Shown in pieces: positions 38,542 through 47,555 of a stretch of DNA of 64,000 nt. Source of the DNA: Spirochaetales bacterium (GTDB lineage Bacteria > Spirochaetota > Spirochaetia > Treponematales > UBA12059); NCBI GenBank assembly GCA_016928955.1, contig JAFGJV010000004.1:124001-188000 (forward strand), given 5' to 3'. Below the pieces are notes generated by a model. It saw nothing but the letters and a program-made list of their open reading frames with translations, did no database searches and had not been told where the DNA came from. Position numbers and translations under genes: made by a program. Numbering within the stretch: the first letter of the stretch is position 1; each line of letters begins with the position of its first letter.

Positions 38542-39968
38542 CAGCGACGCTCCGTGGGGGGAAGCGCCAGGGATGAGTCCAGTGCCGCTTTCCAGCGGGC
38601 ATAGGCCCCTTCGTACGCGGCAGCCTTGCTCGGGTTGGGTGCGTGGCGGAAGCCGATCCGGACCATGTCCGCCGACGCTTCAGCAACGCCAGAATGGCGA
38701 CCCAGGGCCACGGACGCAGCGCACGCGTCGCCCAGGGTCTCGCAATCGGGCACCTGGAGGGTTTCGACCGGTACGCCGAGCACGTCGGCCTTGATGCCGC
38801 ACAGGGCGCTGTCCGTGGCGGCACCTCCGGAGCAGCGTATGGCGGATATCGAATTGCCGTTTTCACGCATGATGTCGGCCGCCACCCTGAGGCCGTAGGC
38901 CAGGGCTTCAACGGCCGCCCGGGCAAAATCGCGGCGCTCGTGCCCGAGGGAAACGCCGTGGAAGGACGCCCTGAGGTCCGGATTCCATAGGGGCGCCCTC
39001 TCGCCGGCCAGGTAGGGCAGGAAGGACAGGCCGCGGGCGCCCGGCTCGCCGGCGGACACGTCGTCCCGGATCGCCTGCGCGTCGGCATAACCGAAGGTTT
39101 TGGCGAACCAGGCCAGGGCTGCTCCAGACGTGGACAGGCCGCCGGACAGGTTCCATAGGCCGGGAACGGCGTGGGGAAGGCTGAATAGCCGCTGGTCTGG
39201 GCAGGGGCCGCTGGCGCACAGGTTCAGGGCTTCGGAGCTGCCCGAGCGGTCGCATGCAATGCCGGGCTCGACGCTGCCTGATCCGAGCAGGGCGGCCAGG
39301 AAATCAGGGTACGCCGACGCTATTGGCGTGCCACGTTTCAGTCCAAATGCGGCAGCCTGCAGATCGCCAACCCTGCCTATGCGCTGTCCCGGCCCTACAT
39401 AGGGCGGGAACAAAGCAGCGGACAGCCCCAGTTTTTGGGCGGTGGCCACGTCCCAAACGTAGGTTTCGTAATAGGGATCGGGCAGGTAGGAGCAGGCGTC
39501 TGCGCCAAGCCTGTACGCCAGGTATTCTGGTCCGGAAAAAAAACGTGTCACCGTGCGGCCATCAGGGCCTTCCAGCACGCTTAGGGCTTTTGGAAGATAA
39601 AATGAAGGATCAACGGCGCGGCCTGCCGCGGCGCTTATGCGCTCGGCTTGGCCCACCGCCCTGCGGTCCAGCCAGGACAGGGCGCCGCCCACGGGTCTGC
39701 CCGATGCGTCCACCGCCACCAAGGTCGGGCCGTTGCCGCTTACGGCCACGGCGTCCACGTCCCCAGGACTCTGGCCCGACAGCCTGAATGCATCCGCTAT
39801 GGCAAGGGCGCAGGCACGTTCCCATTCCGCAGGATCTGAAAGTGCCGCTCCCGACGAATCGTCGCGGCGGAGGGACACCGGGCTCCGGCCCGAGCCTAGG
39901 GGCTGGCCGTTGTCGGCAAACAGGGTGCATTTGAGGGACGACGTGCCAAGGTCTATGCCGCAAAGCAT
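38541..39968 (-). CDS. FGGY-family carbohydrate kinase (xylulokinase-like)
   Basis: GIDLGTSSLK, FLPYLAGERAP, SGG, ADVLG. Confidence 0.85.
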   Translation of the reverse strand: MLCGIDLGTSSLKCTLFADNGQPLGSGRSPVSLRRDDSSGAALSDPAEWERACALAIADAFRLSGQSPGDVDAVAVSGNGPTLVAVDASGRPVGGALSWLDRRAVGQAERISAAAGRAVDPSFYLPKALSVLEGPDGRTVTRFFSGPEYLAYRLGADACSYLPDPYYETYVWDVATAQKLGLSAALFPPYVGPGQRIGRVGDLQAAAFGLKRGTPIASAYPDFLAALLGSGSVEPGIACDRSGSSEALNLCASGPCPDQRLFSLPHAVPGLWNLSGGLSTSGAALAWFAKTFGYADAQAIRDDVSAGEPGARGLSFLPYLAGERAPLWNPDLRASFHGVSLGHERRDFARAAVEALAYGLRVAADIMRENGNSISAIRCSGGAATDSALCGIKADVLGVPVETLQVPDCETLGDACAASVALGRHSGVAEASADMVRIGFRHAPNPSKAAAYEGAYARWKAALDSSLALPPTERR

Positions 39969-39969
39969 G

Positions 39970-40434
39970 TCAGCTGTCCTCGGCCACGAGAAGCCGCATG
40001 TCGCAGCGATCGGCCCAGGGGCAGGTGGCGCAGGCGGGCCCGGGACAGCCAAAGAAGTCGCTCACCCGCTCCAGCTGGTCTATGTGCCAGGACAGGTCGT
40101 CTATATACGCTTCTATGGAAGCCTTGCGCCGTCTGGCGTCCGCCAGCCTGCTCCGGTATTTCTCCGCCAGGCTGGTGCGCACCTTTTCGCCGGAGCGGTC
40201 GACGCGGGCAAGCTCGAACAGCTCCCGAATTTCCGCCAGGGACAGGCCGTAGTCCTTGAGCTGCTGTATGCGCTTGAGGCGGACTACGTTGCGCGACGAA
40301 TAGCGCCTGTGCTCGGGACCGTCGCGGTCGCCCGACGACAGAAGGCCCAGCTCGTCGTAATACCTGATGGTTCTGGCGGTAATACCAAACATGCGGGCCA
40401 GGTCCCCGATTTTGTAGGTTCGCGCTTCCTGCAT
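39970..40434 (-). CDS. MerR-family regulator with a C-terminal CX4CX2CX5C motif
   Basis: YKIGDLA, RTIRYYDELGLL, HRRY, GLSLAEI; tail CPGPACATCPWADRC. Confidence 0.9.
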   Translation of the reverse strand: MQEARTYKIGDLARMFGITARTIRYYDELGLLSSGDRDGPEHRRYSSRNVVRLKRIQQLKDYGLSLAEIRELFELARVDRSGEKVRTSLAEKYRSRLADARRRKASIEAYIDDLSWHIDQLERVSDFFGCPGPACATCPWADRCDMRLLVAEDS

Positions 40435-40612
40435 GCAAATTGACCTTTAACGTAAACTTTGCGGCGCGACAGGTTACCGGGCGCGACCGTGGTTCAGCTC
40501 ACCAGTATACTGGCCCAGCGCGCCCGTGAAAAGTCGGCGTACCGCGTCCTCGAACTGAGGCGCCGGGGTTATTGTACACGCATGCTGAAGGCGCGCCCGT
40601 GGAGGAAGTCGT

Positions 40613-41614
40613 ATGAAACGCATAGTGTTTTTGGCGCTGGCCGTGGCTGGTCTTTGGTCCTGCGGGGGCACGGGCGGTAGTCCTGCCAAACCGGCCTCGG
40701 TGGCCGTATTCGTCCCCGGCGTGGCGTCGGGCAGTCCCATCTACGAAATGCTGGTCTCCGGGGCTGCTCGGGCCGTGGAAGAGCGGCCAGGTACCGAGTT
40801 CAAGGTGATAGAGGGTGGATACGACCAGTCTGGCTGGCTCGACGCCCTGAAGGCCATAGCCGCGTCCGGCGAGTTCGACCTGATCGTCACGTCCAACCCG
40901 GCCCTGCCCGAACTGTGCGTCAAGGTGGCGGCCGAGTATCCTGAAGTCCGCTTTTTCGTCGCCGACGCATACATGGATGGCCAGCGGGCCATACACACGG
41001 TACTCTACAACCAGCTTGAACAGGGCTACCTGGTCGGTTACCTGGCCGGGGCTCTATCGGTTCACAAAGGATCAAACAGGGCGGGCCTGATAGCCGCCCA
41101 GCGCTACCCGACCCTGGACAGGCTCATACAGCCCGGCTTTGAAGCAGGCCTCTTGGCCGCCGATCCGGGCATGAAGCTTGAGTATCGCGAGATAGGCAAC
41201 TGGTACGACGCCAACCGCGCGGCCGAGCTGGCCGCTTCCCTGTACAATGACGATGTCGAGGTTATCCTGGCCGTGGCCGGAGGGGCTGGGCAGGGCGTCA
41301 TAGCCGCCGCGGGCTCAGCCGGCGCTTCGGTGGTGTGGCTGGACGGGGCCGGATACCAGCTGGGGCCAGACGTTGTGGTTGGTTGCGCAACCCTGGCGCA
41401 GGACCGACTCGTGTACGAGCGGGTATCAGCCCTCCTTGACGGGAAAGACCTCTGGGGCGTGGCTGACATAGTGGGAGCCACCGACGGATACGTCGGTTTT
41501 GACCGGGATGGCCCGGCATACAAGGCTCTGCCGGAATCCCTGCGGGCGGAAATGGACACGGTCATGGCCAAGCTTGCCGAAGGCAAGCCGGCCTTTACCC
41601 TGGATTCCTTTTAA
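40613..41614 (+). CDS. BMP/PnrA-family ABC substrate-binding lipoprotein
   Basis: Lipobox LWSC, EQGYLVGYLAG, AVAGGAGQGVI. Confidence 0.85.
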   Translation: MKRIVFLALAVAGLWSCGGTGGSPAKPASVAVFVPGVASGSPIYEMLVSGAARAVEERPGTEFKVIEGGYDQSGWLDALKAIAASGEFDLIVTSNPALPELCVKVAAEYPEVRFFVADAYMDGQRAIHTVLYNQLEQGYLVGYLAGALSVHKGSNRAGLIAAQRYPTLDRLIQPGFEAGLLAADPGMKLEYREIGNWYDANRAAELAASLYNDDVEVILAVAGGAGQGVIAAAGSAGASVVWLDGAGYQLGPDVVVGCATLAQDRLVYERVSALLDGKDLWGVADIVGATDGYVGFDRDGPAYKALPESLRAEMDTVMAKLAEGKPAFTLDSF

Positions 41615-41629
41615 GCATATTTTAGCGCA

Positions 41630-43099
41630 ATGGACGCGCTCGCCCTTGTCGGCATACACAAGTCCTTTCCCGACACGGGTACTGTTGCCCTCTCCGGTGC
41701 CGACCTGCGCGTGGCCCGGGGAGAAATACATGCCCTGGTAGGAGAGAACGGCGCCGGCAAGTCCACGCTTGCCCGTATAGCCTGCGGCATGCTTGCCCCG
41801 GATAGGGGTGGAATAGAAGTCAGGGGCTCGGCCGTTGCCTTCCGGTCGCGGAGGGACGCCGAGCGGGCGGGCATAGGCCTTGTGCCCCAGTATTCCATGC
41901 TCGCCGAGGGACTTACCGTGGCCCAGAACATCAGCCTGGGCCACGAGCCGCGCCGACTGGGCTTGTTCTACGACAGCCGCCGAGCTGAGTATGAGGCGGC
42001 CATGCTGGCCCAGCGATACGGTTTCTCCGTCCCCGCGGACGCGGTGGTTGCCGCCCTCGGTCCCAGCCAGAGGCGCGAGGCGGAAATACTGCGGGCCATG
42101 GCGCGCGGCGCCGACATTCTGGTCCTGGACGAGCCGACCAGCATCCTGGACGAGTCCGAAACAAGGACCTTGTTCGATCTGTTGCGACGACTCAGGGCCG
42201 CCGGCGCCGCTATCGTGTACATTTCACACCGCGCCAGGGAAATCCTGGACCTGGCAGACAGGGTAACCGTGCTCAGGGACGGAGTCGCCCTGACTACGCT
42301 TGCCGCCGGCCAGCTGGACGAGTGCGGGCTCGCCGAGCTCATTGCGCCCACCGGAGCCTGCGCATCCGGACGTGACGGCGCGTCGGCTCCGGGCCAGCCC
42401 GTCCTCCAGTTCCTGGGCGCCGAGGCGGGACCCCTGGGGCCCGTGGACCTGGTCGTGCGTTCTGGGGAGATCGTGGGCGTGGCTGCCTTTGCCGGCAACG
42501 CCATGGACACGCTCGAGGACCTATCGGCGGGCGTGAGGCTCCCGGATCGAGGCACGGTGGCGGCGTTCGGCTTGAGCATGGATAGACTCAGGCGCCGCGG
42601 CCACCGCATTGCCTATATCCCAACCGACAGGGAAGGCCGCGGCATGTCGCTCCGCTCGTCGCTCAGGGACAATGTGCTGGCCGGGCGACTGTCCGGCTAC
42701 TCGCCGGTGGAATACGCGGCCAGGAAAACGCCGCATGCCGACGCCCTGGCGCTTGCAAAATCGATGGACGTGCAGGGCCACATGGCGGCGCCGGCTGAAG
42801 CCCTGTCCGGCGGTAACCGGCAAAGGCTGGTGCTTGCCAGGGAATTGGACAAGCGGCCCGAGCTTGTCGTTGTCGCCAATCCCAGCCAGGGCCTGGATCC
42901 CGCCGCGCGCTCAAAGGCTTTGGGCGCCATCCGCAAGGCCAGGGACCAGGGGGCTGCCGTACTCGTGCTCAGCCAGGATCCGGACGATATACGAGACCTT
43001 GCTGACAGGGCTTTTGTCCTGTACCGCGGCAAGCTCAAGCCGATAGACTCCGAAGAGGCCGGTGGCCTGTCCGCCTTGCTGACGGGAGCTCGGACTTGA
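41630..43099 (+). CDS. Nucleoside/sugar ABC ATP-binding protein (tandem NBD)
   Basis: GENGAGKST, LDEPT, ISH, LSGGNRQR. Confidence 0.9.
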   Translation: MDALALVGIHKSFPDTGTVALSGADLRVARGEIHALVGENGAGKSTLARIACGMLAPDRGGIEVRGSAVAFRSRRDAERAGIGLVPQYSMLAEGLTVAQNISLGHEPRRLGLFYDSRRAEYEAAMLAQRYGFSVPADAVVAALGPSQRREAEILRAMARGADILVLDEPTSILDESETRTLFDLLRRLRAAGAAIVYISHRAREILDLADRVTVLRDGVALTTLAAGQLDECGLAELIAPTGACASGRDGASAPGQPVLQFLGAEAGPLGPVDLVVRSGEIVGVAAFAGNAMDTLEDLSAGVRLPDRGTVAAFGLSMDRLRRRGHRIAYIPTDREGRGMSLRSSLRDNVLAGRLSGYSPVEYAARKTPHADALALAKSMDVQGHMAAPAEALSGGNRQRLVLARELDKRPELVVVANPSQGLDPAARSKALGAIRKARDQGAAVLVLSQDPDDIRDLADRAFVLYRGKLKPIDSEEAGGLSALLTGART

Positions 43100-44163
43100 A
43101 CGAGCTGTGTGCCCTTCCGCCCCCTCCCCAGTCGAGGGCATGGGAAGCTTTGCGGCGCCTGGCCCTGTCGTCCGGACTGGCTTTGGTTTTGGTGTTCATG
43201 GTGTCCGTACTTGTGTCGGACGAGCCGCTCAAGGCCTTCCGCGCCTTCTCGCTGGGGCCGCTGAACTCAGCCAGGGCCCTGGCGACCCTGCTCGAGGCCG
43301 CGGCTCCTCTGATGCTGTCCGCGACGGGCGCCCTGGTCGCCTTCAAGGCCGGTCACTTTACCCTTGGCGGAGAAGGGCAGGTATACGCCGGCGCTTTCAT
43401 GGCTGCCCTCGCAGGCGCATGGTGTCCGGAGGGCAGCTTTGGCTTGCTTGCGGCCGTAATGGCTGGCGTTCTGGGCGGAACCTTGGTGGCGGCCCCGGCA
43501 GCCGCCGGCAAACGCTGGGCGGGAGCGGATGTGCTCCTTGTGACTTTCCTGCTTTCACAAGCGGCACTCCATGTGGTGGACTGGGCCATCAGCGGTCCCT
43601 TCCGCGACGCCGGAAACAATCTTATAGCCATGGACCCGATACCACAGGCGTCGCTCCTTCCAAGGCTTGTCCACAACCTGCCGCTCACCCCCGTACCTCT
43701 TGTGGCAGGACTCGTATCCGTTGGCGTATGGATATTCCTGTCCAGGACTCGCTGTGGCACCATGCTGGCCCTGTATGGCAGGAATTCACGCTTTGCCGCC
43801 CTGCAGAATTTCCCGGTACGTAGCTTTGAATGGGCGCCCATAATCTTTGCCGGGGCTATGCACGGCCTGGCGGGTGCTGCGCTGTCGCTCGGCTCGAACG
43901 GAACCGCGGTTCGGGGGATATCGGGGGGGCTGGGCTGGAACGCCATAGGCGCCGCCCTGGTGGCCGGCGGGGAACCCTTGGCGGTCGTACCTGCGGCCGT
44001 ACTCTTCTCCTGGCTGGACTCAGGCGCCCGGCAGGCGGCCATTTTCACCGAGCTTCCTCCCGACGCGGCTATGATCATCAAGGCTCTAGTGATAATGGCG
44101 GCGACGGCCAAGCCGGCATACACCAGGCTTAAGGCGCTCTTGGGCGGGAGGAAACGGACGTGA
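43096..44163 (+). CDS. Nucleoside ABC permease 1
   Basis: FTLGGEGQ, GLGWNAI, multiple TM segments. Confidence 0.85.
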   Translation: MNELCALPPPPQSRAWEALRRLALSSGLALVLVFMVSVLVSDEPLKAFRAFSLGPLNSARALATLLEAAAPLMLSATGALVAFKAGHFTLGGEGQVYAGAFMAALAGAWCPEGSFGLLAAVMAGVLGGTLVAAPAAAGKRWAGADVLLVTFLLSQAALHVVDWAISGPFRDAGNNLIAMDPIPQASLLPRLVHNLPLTPVPLVAGLVSVGVWIFLSRTRCGTMLALYGRNSRFAALQNFPVRSFEWAPIIFAGAMHGLAGAALSLGSNGTAVRGISGGLGWNAIGAALVAGGEPLAVVPAAVLFSWLDSGARQAAIFTELPPDAAMIIKALVIMAATAKPAYTRLKALLGGRKRT

Positions 44164-45059
44164 ATTCCTTCTTGCCGGAAGTAGCCATGGTCACCATTGC
44201 CGCCCTTGCCCCCATTTTGGCGGCAGCCCTCGGGGGGCTTGCCACTGAATATGTGGGCGTCCTCAACATAGCGCTTGAGGGCCTTATAATGGCCGGGGGC
44301 TTTGCCTATGTGGCCGTTGGCGGCACCTGGGGCCCAGCGGCAGGCATGGTTGCGGCCATAACCGTGCCTGCGGTTTTGGCCCTTGCCCAGGATGGTTTTG
44401 CCCGCAAGGCGCGGGCTGACGCTTTTGTGGTCGGGCTTGCCATGAACATGCTGATACCCGGCGCCGCGTCCGTGATGTCGGAACTGATCTTTGGCACCAA
44501 AGGCGTTGTGGCCCTGAGCGCCCTGGCTTCTGGCACGCTTGCCCCTGGCGCTGTGCATGTGCCAGTTGTCGGACCGGTGCTGTTCTCCCAGCGTTGGAGC
44601 GACATCCTTGCCCTTCTGGCATCGGCGGTAGTCGCCCTTGGGCTGGCCTTGACGCCTTTTGGGCTCAGGCTCAGGGCGGCGGGCATGAAGCCAGAATCAG
44701 TGGAGTTGGCTGGCCTGAGCCCGGGGAGATTGCGCGACGGTGCCTATGCCCTGTCTGGGGCGGCCTGCGGGGTTGCCGGAATGGCCATGGCCGCGGCCAT
44801 AGGCGCGTGGGTGCCAAACCTGAGCGCAGGGCGGGGGTGGATAGCCCTGGTCGCCATATACCTGGGGAGGAAACGTCTCAAAGGAACCTTCCTGGCCTCA
44901 TTGAGCTTTGCCGCGCTTTTGGCCTTGGCTACTCTGGCTCAGGCCGTGCCTAGCCTGCCAGCCGGCCTTCTGGGGGCAGTGCCTTACCTGGTAACCGCGG
45001 TTGCCGTGATATTGGGTTCCGCCGCTCGCGGGCAGTACGCGCGGAAAATCAAAGCGTAG
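44160..45059 (+). CDS. Nucleoside ABC permease 2
   Basis: GVLNIALEG, GLRLRAAG, SAGRGWIAL, PYLVT. Confidence 0.85.
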   Translation: MNSFLPEVAMVTIAALAPILAAALGGLATEYVGVLNIALEGLIMAGGFAYVAVGGTWGPAAGMVAAITVPAVLALAQDGFARKARADAFVVGLAMNMLIPGAASVMSELIFGTKGVVALSALASGTLAPGAVHVPVVGPVLFSQRWSDILALLASAVVALGLALTPFGLRLRAAGMKPESVELAGLSPGRLRDGAYALSGAACGVAGMAMAAAIGAWVPNLSAGRGWIALVAIYLGRKRLKGTFLASLSFAALLALATLAQAVPSLPAGLLGAVPYLVTAVAVILGSAARGQYARKIKA

Positions 45060-45074
45060 CCCGTACATCAACGC

Positions 45075-45124
45075 TTGACACCGAGCCCGTAGGGCGGATA
45101 TATTCCTACTATCCAGATAGGAAT
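45075..45124 (+). promoter_or_regulatory. sigma70 promoter overlapped by an inverted-repeat operator (probable Rrf2 autoregulatory site)
   Basis: TTGACA (45075), 18-bp spacer, TATATT (45099); ATTCCTA-N9-TAGGAAT at 45102-45124. Confidence 0.65.
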
Positions 45125-45136
45125 TACGGAGTTGCC

Positions 45137-45547
45137 GTGTTTTCGGTGTCAGCTAGAACCCAGTACGCAATCCGCGCCATGGTGCACTTGGCCATGAGGG
45201 AAGGCCACACGGCTACCGCTGCGGAAATATCCGCGGCGGAGCATATACCCGCAAAATACCTTGAAGGCATCATGTCACGGCTTAAGCTGTCCGCCTTGGT
45301 GGACAGCGAGCGCGGCAAGAACGGCGGCTACAGGCTGGCCGGCAGGCCGGAGGACATCAGCATGCTGGCCGTTATCGAGGCCATGGACGGATCGGTACGG
45401 CCGGTCAGTTGCCTGGGTTCCCAGACGAACTGCTCGGCAACGGCCGCCGGACCGAGTTGCCTGCCAAAAAAATTCTGGGGCGGACTCAAAGAAGCCATAG
45501 ACGCGTACCTGGGCTCAAAGACGATCAGGGACGTGGTGGAGGGATGA
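45137..45547 (+). CDS. Rrf2-family (IscR-like) regulator
   Basis: YAIRAM, YLEGI, SERGKNGGYRL, three C-terminal Cys. Confidence 0.9.
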   Translation: MFSVSARTQYAIRAMVHLAMREGHTATAAEISAAEHIPAKYLEGIMSRLKLSALVDSERGKNGGYRLAGRPEDISMLAVIEAMDGSVRPVSCLGSQTNCSATAAGPSCLPKKFWGGLKEAIDAYLGSKTIRDVVEG

Positions 45548-46716
45548 CACGCATGGACAAACGAACGGTATATATGGATTACAACGCTACCACGCCCCTC
45601 CGCGCCGAGGTCAAGGAAGCCATGAAGGCCGATCTTGACGTATACGCCAACGCGTCCAGCATGCACGAGCTCGGCCGCCTGGCCCGAGCCCGGGTCGAGG
45701 AAGCCAGGGCAGACGTGGCGTCGATCATAGGAGCCGGAAGCGACGACGTGATCTTCACCAGCGGCGGCTCCGAGTCCAACAACACCGTGTTTGCCACCAT
45801 GTTCCACCGTGGCAGAAGGGGCGGCCGCACGGGTGTGGTCACCACCAAGATCGAGCATCCCTGCGTGCTGAACGCGGCGCGCTGGTTGGAGGACGAGGGC
45901 TTTCCCGTCCGATTCCTGGACGTGGACAACACGGGCAGGGTCGATATGGACCAGCTGGCCCGGGCGCTCGGGCCGGACACGCTTTTGGTGTCCGTCATGG
46001 CGGCCAATAACGAGATAGGCACCATCCAGGACATGGAGGCCATCGGCGCTTTGGCAAAGAAGGCCGGGGCGTATTTCCACACGGACGCCACGCAGGCCGT
46101 GGGAAAGATTCCCGTGGACGTGGACCGTTGGCAGGCCGATTACCTGACGCTGTCCTGCCACAAACTCTACGGACCGAAGGGCGTTGGAGGCCTCTTTATC
46201 AGAAAGGGCGCTCCCATAGAGCCGCTCATACGCGGCGGGCACCAGGAGCACGGCCACCGCGCCGGCACCTACAACAACCCGGGAATCCTGGGCTTTGGCT
46301 TGGCCGCCCGGCTGGCAAAGTCCGAGCTGGACGACTACGAGGCCAAAACCCGGGCGCTCAGAAACCGCCTCAGGGACGGCCTCCTGAGCGCCATACCCAA
46401 AATCAGGATAAACGGGCACCCGGACTTTGTCCTTCCGAACACTCTGAACGTGTCCTTCCCCGGGGCTGAGGGCGAAGCCATACTGCTGTACATGGACCTT
46501 GCGGGCATAGAGGTGTCCACCGGGTCGGCATGCGCGTCAGGCAGCCTGGATCCTAGCCACGTGCTTCTGGCCACGGGCCTGGGGCCGGAGCTGGCCCACG
46601 GATCCATACGCTTCAGCCTGGGCAGGGACAGCACGGAAGATGACGTGGATTACGTCCTGGGGCACCTGCCGGGCATCATAGCCAGGCTCAGGGCCATGAG
46701 TACGGTGGACGCGTAA
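45544..46716 (+). CDS. nifS: Cysteine desulfurase, group I
   Basis: YMDYNATTP, FTSGGSESNN, EHP, NNEIG, HTDATQAVGK, HKLYGPKG, STGSAC. Confidence 0.93.
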   Translation: MTRMDKRTVYMDYNATTPLRAEVKEAMKADLDVYANASSMHELGRLARARVEEARADVASIIGAGSDDVIFTSGGSESNNTVFATMFHRGRRGGRTGVVTTKIEHPCVLNAARWLEDEGFPVRFLDVDNTGRVDMDQLARALGPDTLLVSVMAANNEIGTIQDMEAIGALAKKAGAYFHTDATQAVGKIPVDVDRWQADYLTLSCHKLYGPKGVGGLFIRKGAPIEPLIRGGHQEHGHRAGTYNNPGILGFGLAARLAKSELDDYEAKTRALRNRLRDGLLSAIPKIRINGHPDFVLPNTLNVSFPGAEGEAILLYMDLAGIEVSTGSACASGSLDPSHVLLATGLGPELAHGSIRFSLGRDSTEDDVDYVLGHLPGIIARLRAMSTVDA

Positions 46717-46799
46717 GGGATTCAAAGCTGGACAGCTACCCGTGAGGAACGCCCCGGGCAGCCATACGCTGGCGCGTGCGCACACGCGCGGAGGATAGG

Positions 46800-47402
46800 A
46801 TGACAAGCGCTTTTTCCTGGTTGTATTCAGACGTGGTCAAGGACCATTTTACCAATCCCCGGAACGTATTCTCGCCGGACGAGGACTTTAAGGCCGATGC
46901 CGAGGGCATGACCGGCAACGTCAAGTGCGGCGACCAGATGCTGTTCATGCTCAAGGTTGAAGACGATGTCATCAAGGACGTGCGCTGGAAGACGTACGGT
47001 TGCGCCAGCGCCATTGCCAGCACGTCCATGCTGTCGGACGTGATAAAAGGCATGACCATACGCGACGCGTACAACATCAAGCCTGAGGACATAGCCACTC
47101 GCCTTGGAGGCCTGCCGGACAACAAGATCCACTGCTCGGTGCTTGGCGACAAGGCCCTGCGCGCCGCCATTGACAACTACCTGGAAAAAACCGGGCGGGC
47201 GGGAGCCTTCAGGAACGAGGGAGCCAAGATTGTGTGCACCTGCCTTAATATTTCGGACCGCGACATAGAGGAAGCGGTCAAGCAGGGCGCCCGCGACTGG
47301 GAAGGTCTCCAGGAACGCACCAAGATAGGTACCGTGTGCGGCGGCTGCCGCAAGGAGGCGGAGGAGCTTTTGCACGACTACGTCCACATTTTTGGGGACT
47401 AG
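46800..47402 (+). CDS. nifU: NifU-like scaffold: IscU domain plus BFD-like [2Fe-2S] domain
   Basis: DHFTNPRN, CGD, GCASAIAS, LPDNKIHC; C-terminal CTC...CGGC. Confidence 0.85.
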   Translation: MTSAFSWLYSDVVKDHFTNPRNVFSPDEDFKADAEGMTGNVKCGDQMLFMLKVEDDVIKDVRWKTYGCASAIASTSMLSDVIKGMTIRDAYNIKPEDIATRLGGLPDNKIHCSVLGDKALRAAIDNYLEKTGRAGAFRNEGAKIVCTCLNISDRDIEEAVKQGARDWEGLQERTKIGTVCGGCRKEAEELLHDYVHIFGD

Positions 47403-47555
47403 CGGCGGGAGCGCCCTTCTCAGCCGCCGCGCGTTGGGCCAACGGCTCAGCAAGCGGCGTATTGTGGATACGACCATCCTCGCGTATAGTAGGTAGCACA
47501 GCGGCGTGACGAGCGCGCCGGCCCGAACCCCTGTCGTCAACCGGTGGAGCCTACT

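Noticed and set aside
41630..43099. Degenerate ABC motifs read as pseudogenisation
   Set aside because: One degenerate site per NBD is normal for tandem-NBD sugar/nucleoside ATPases, and the frame is intact.
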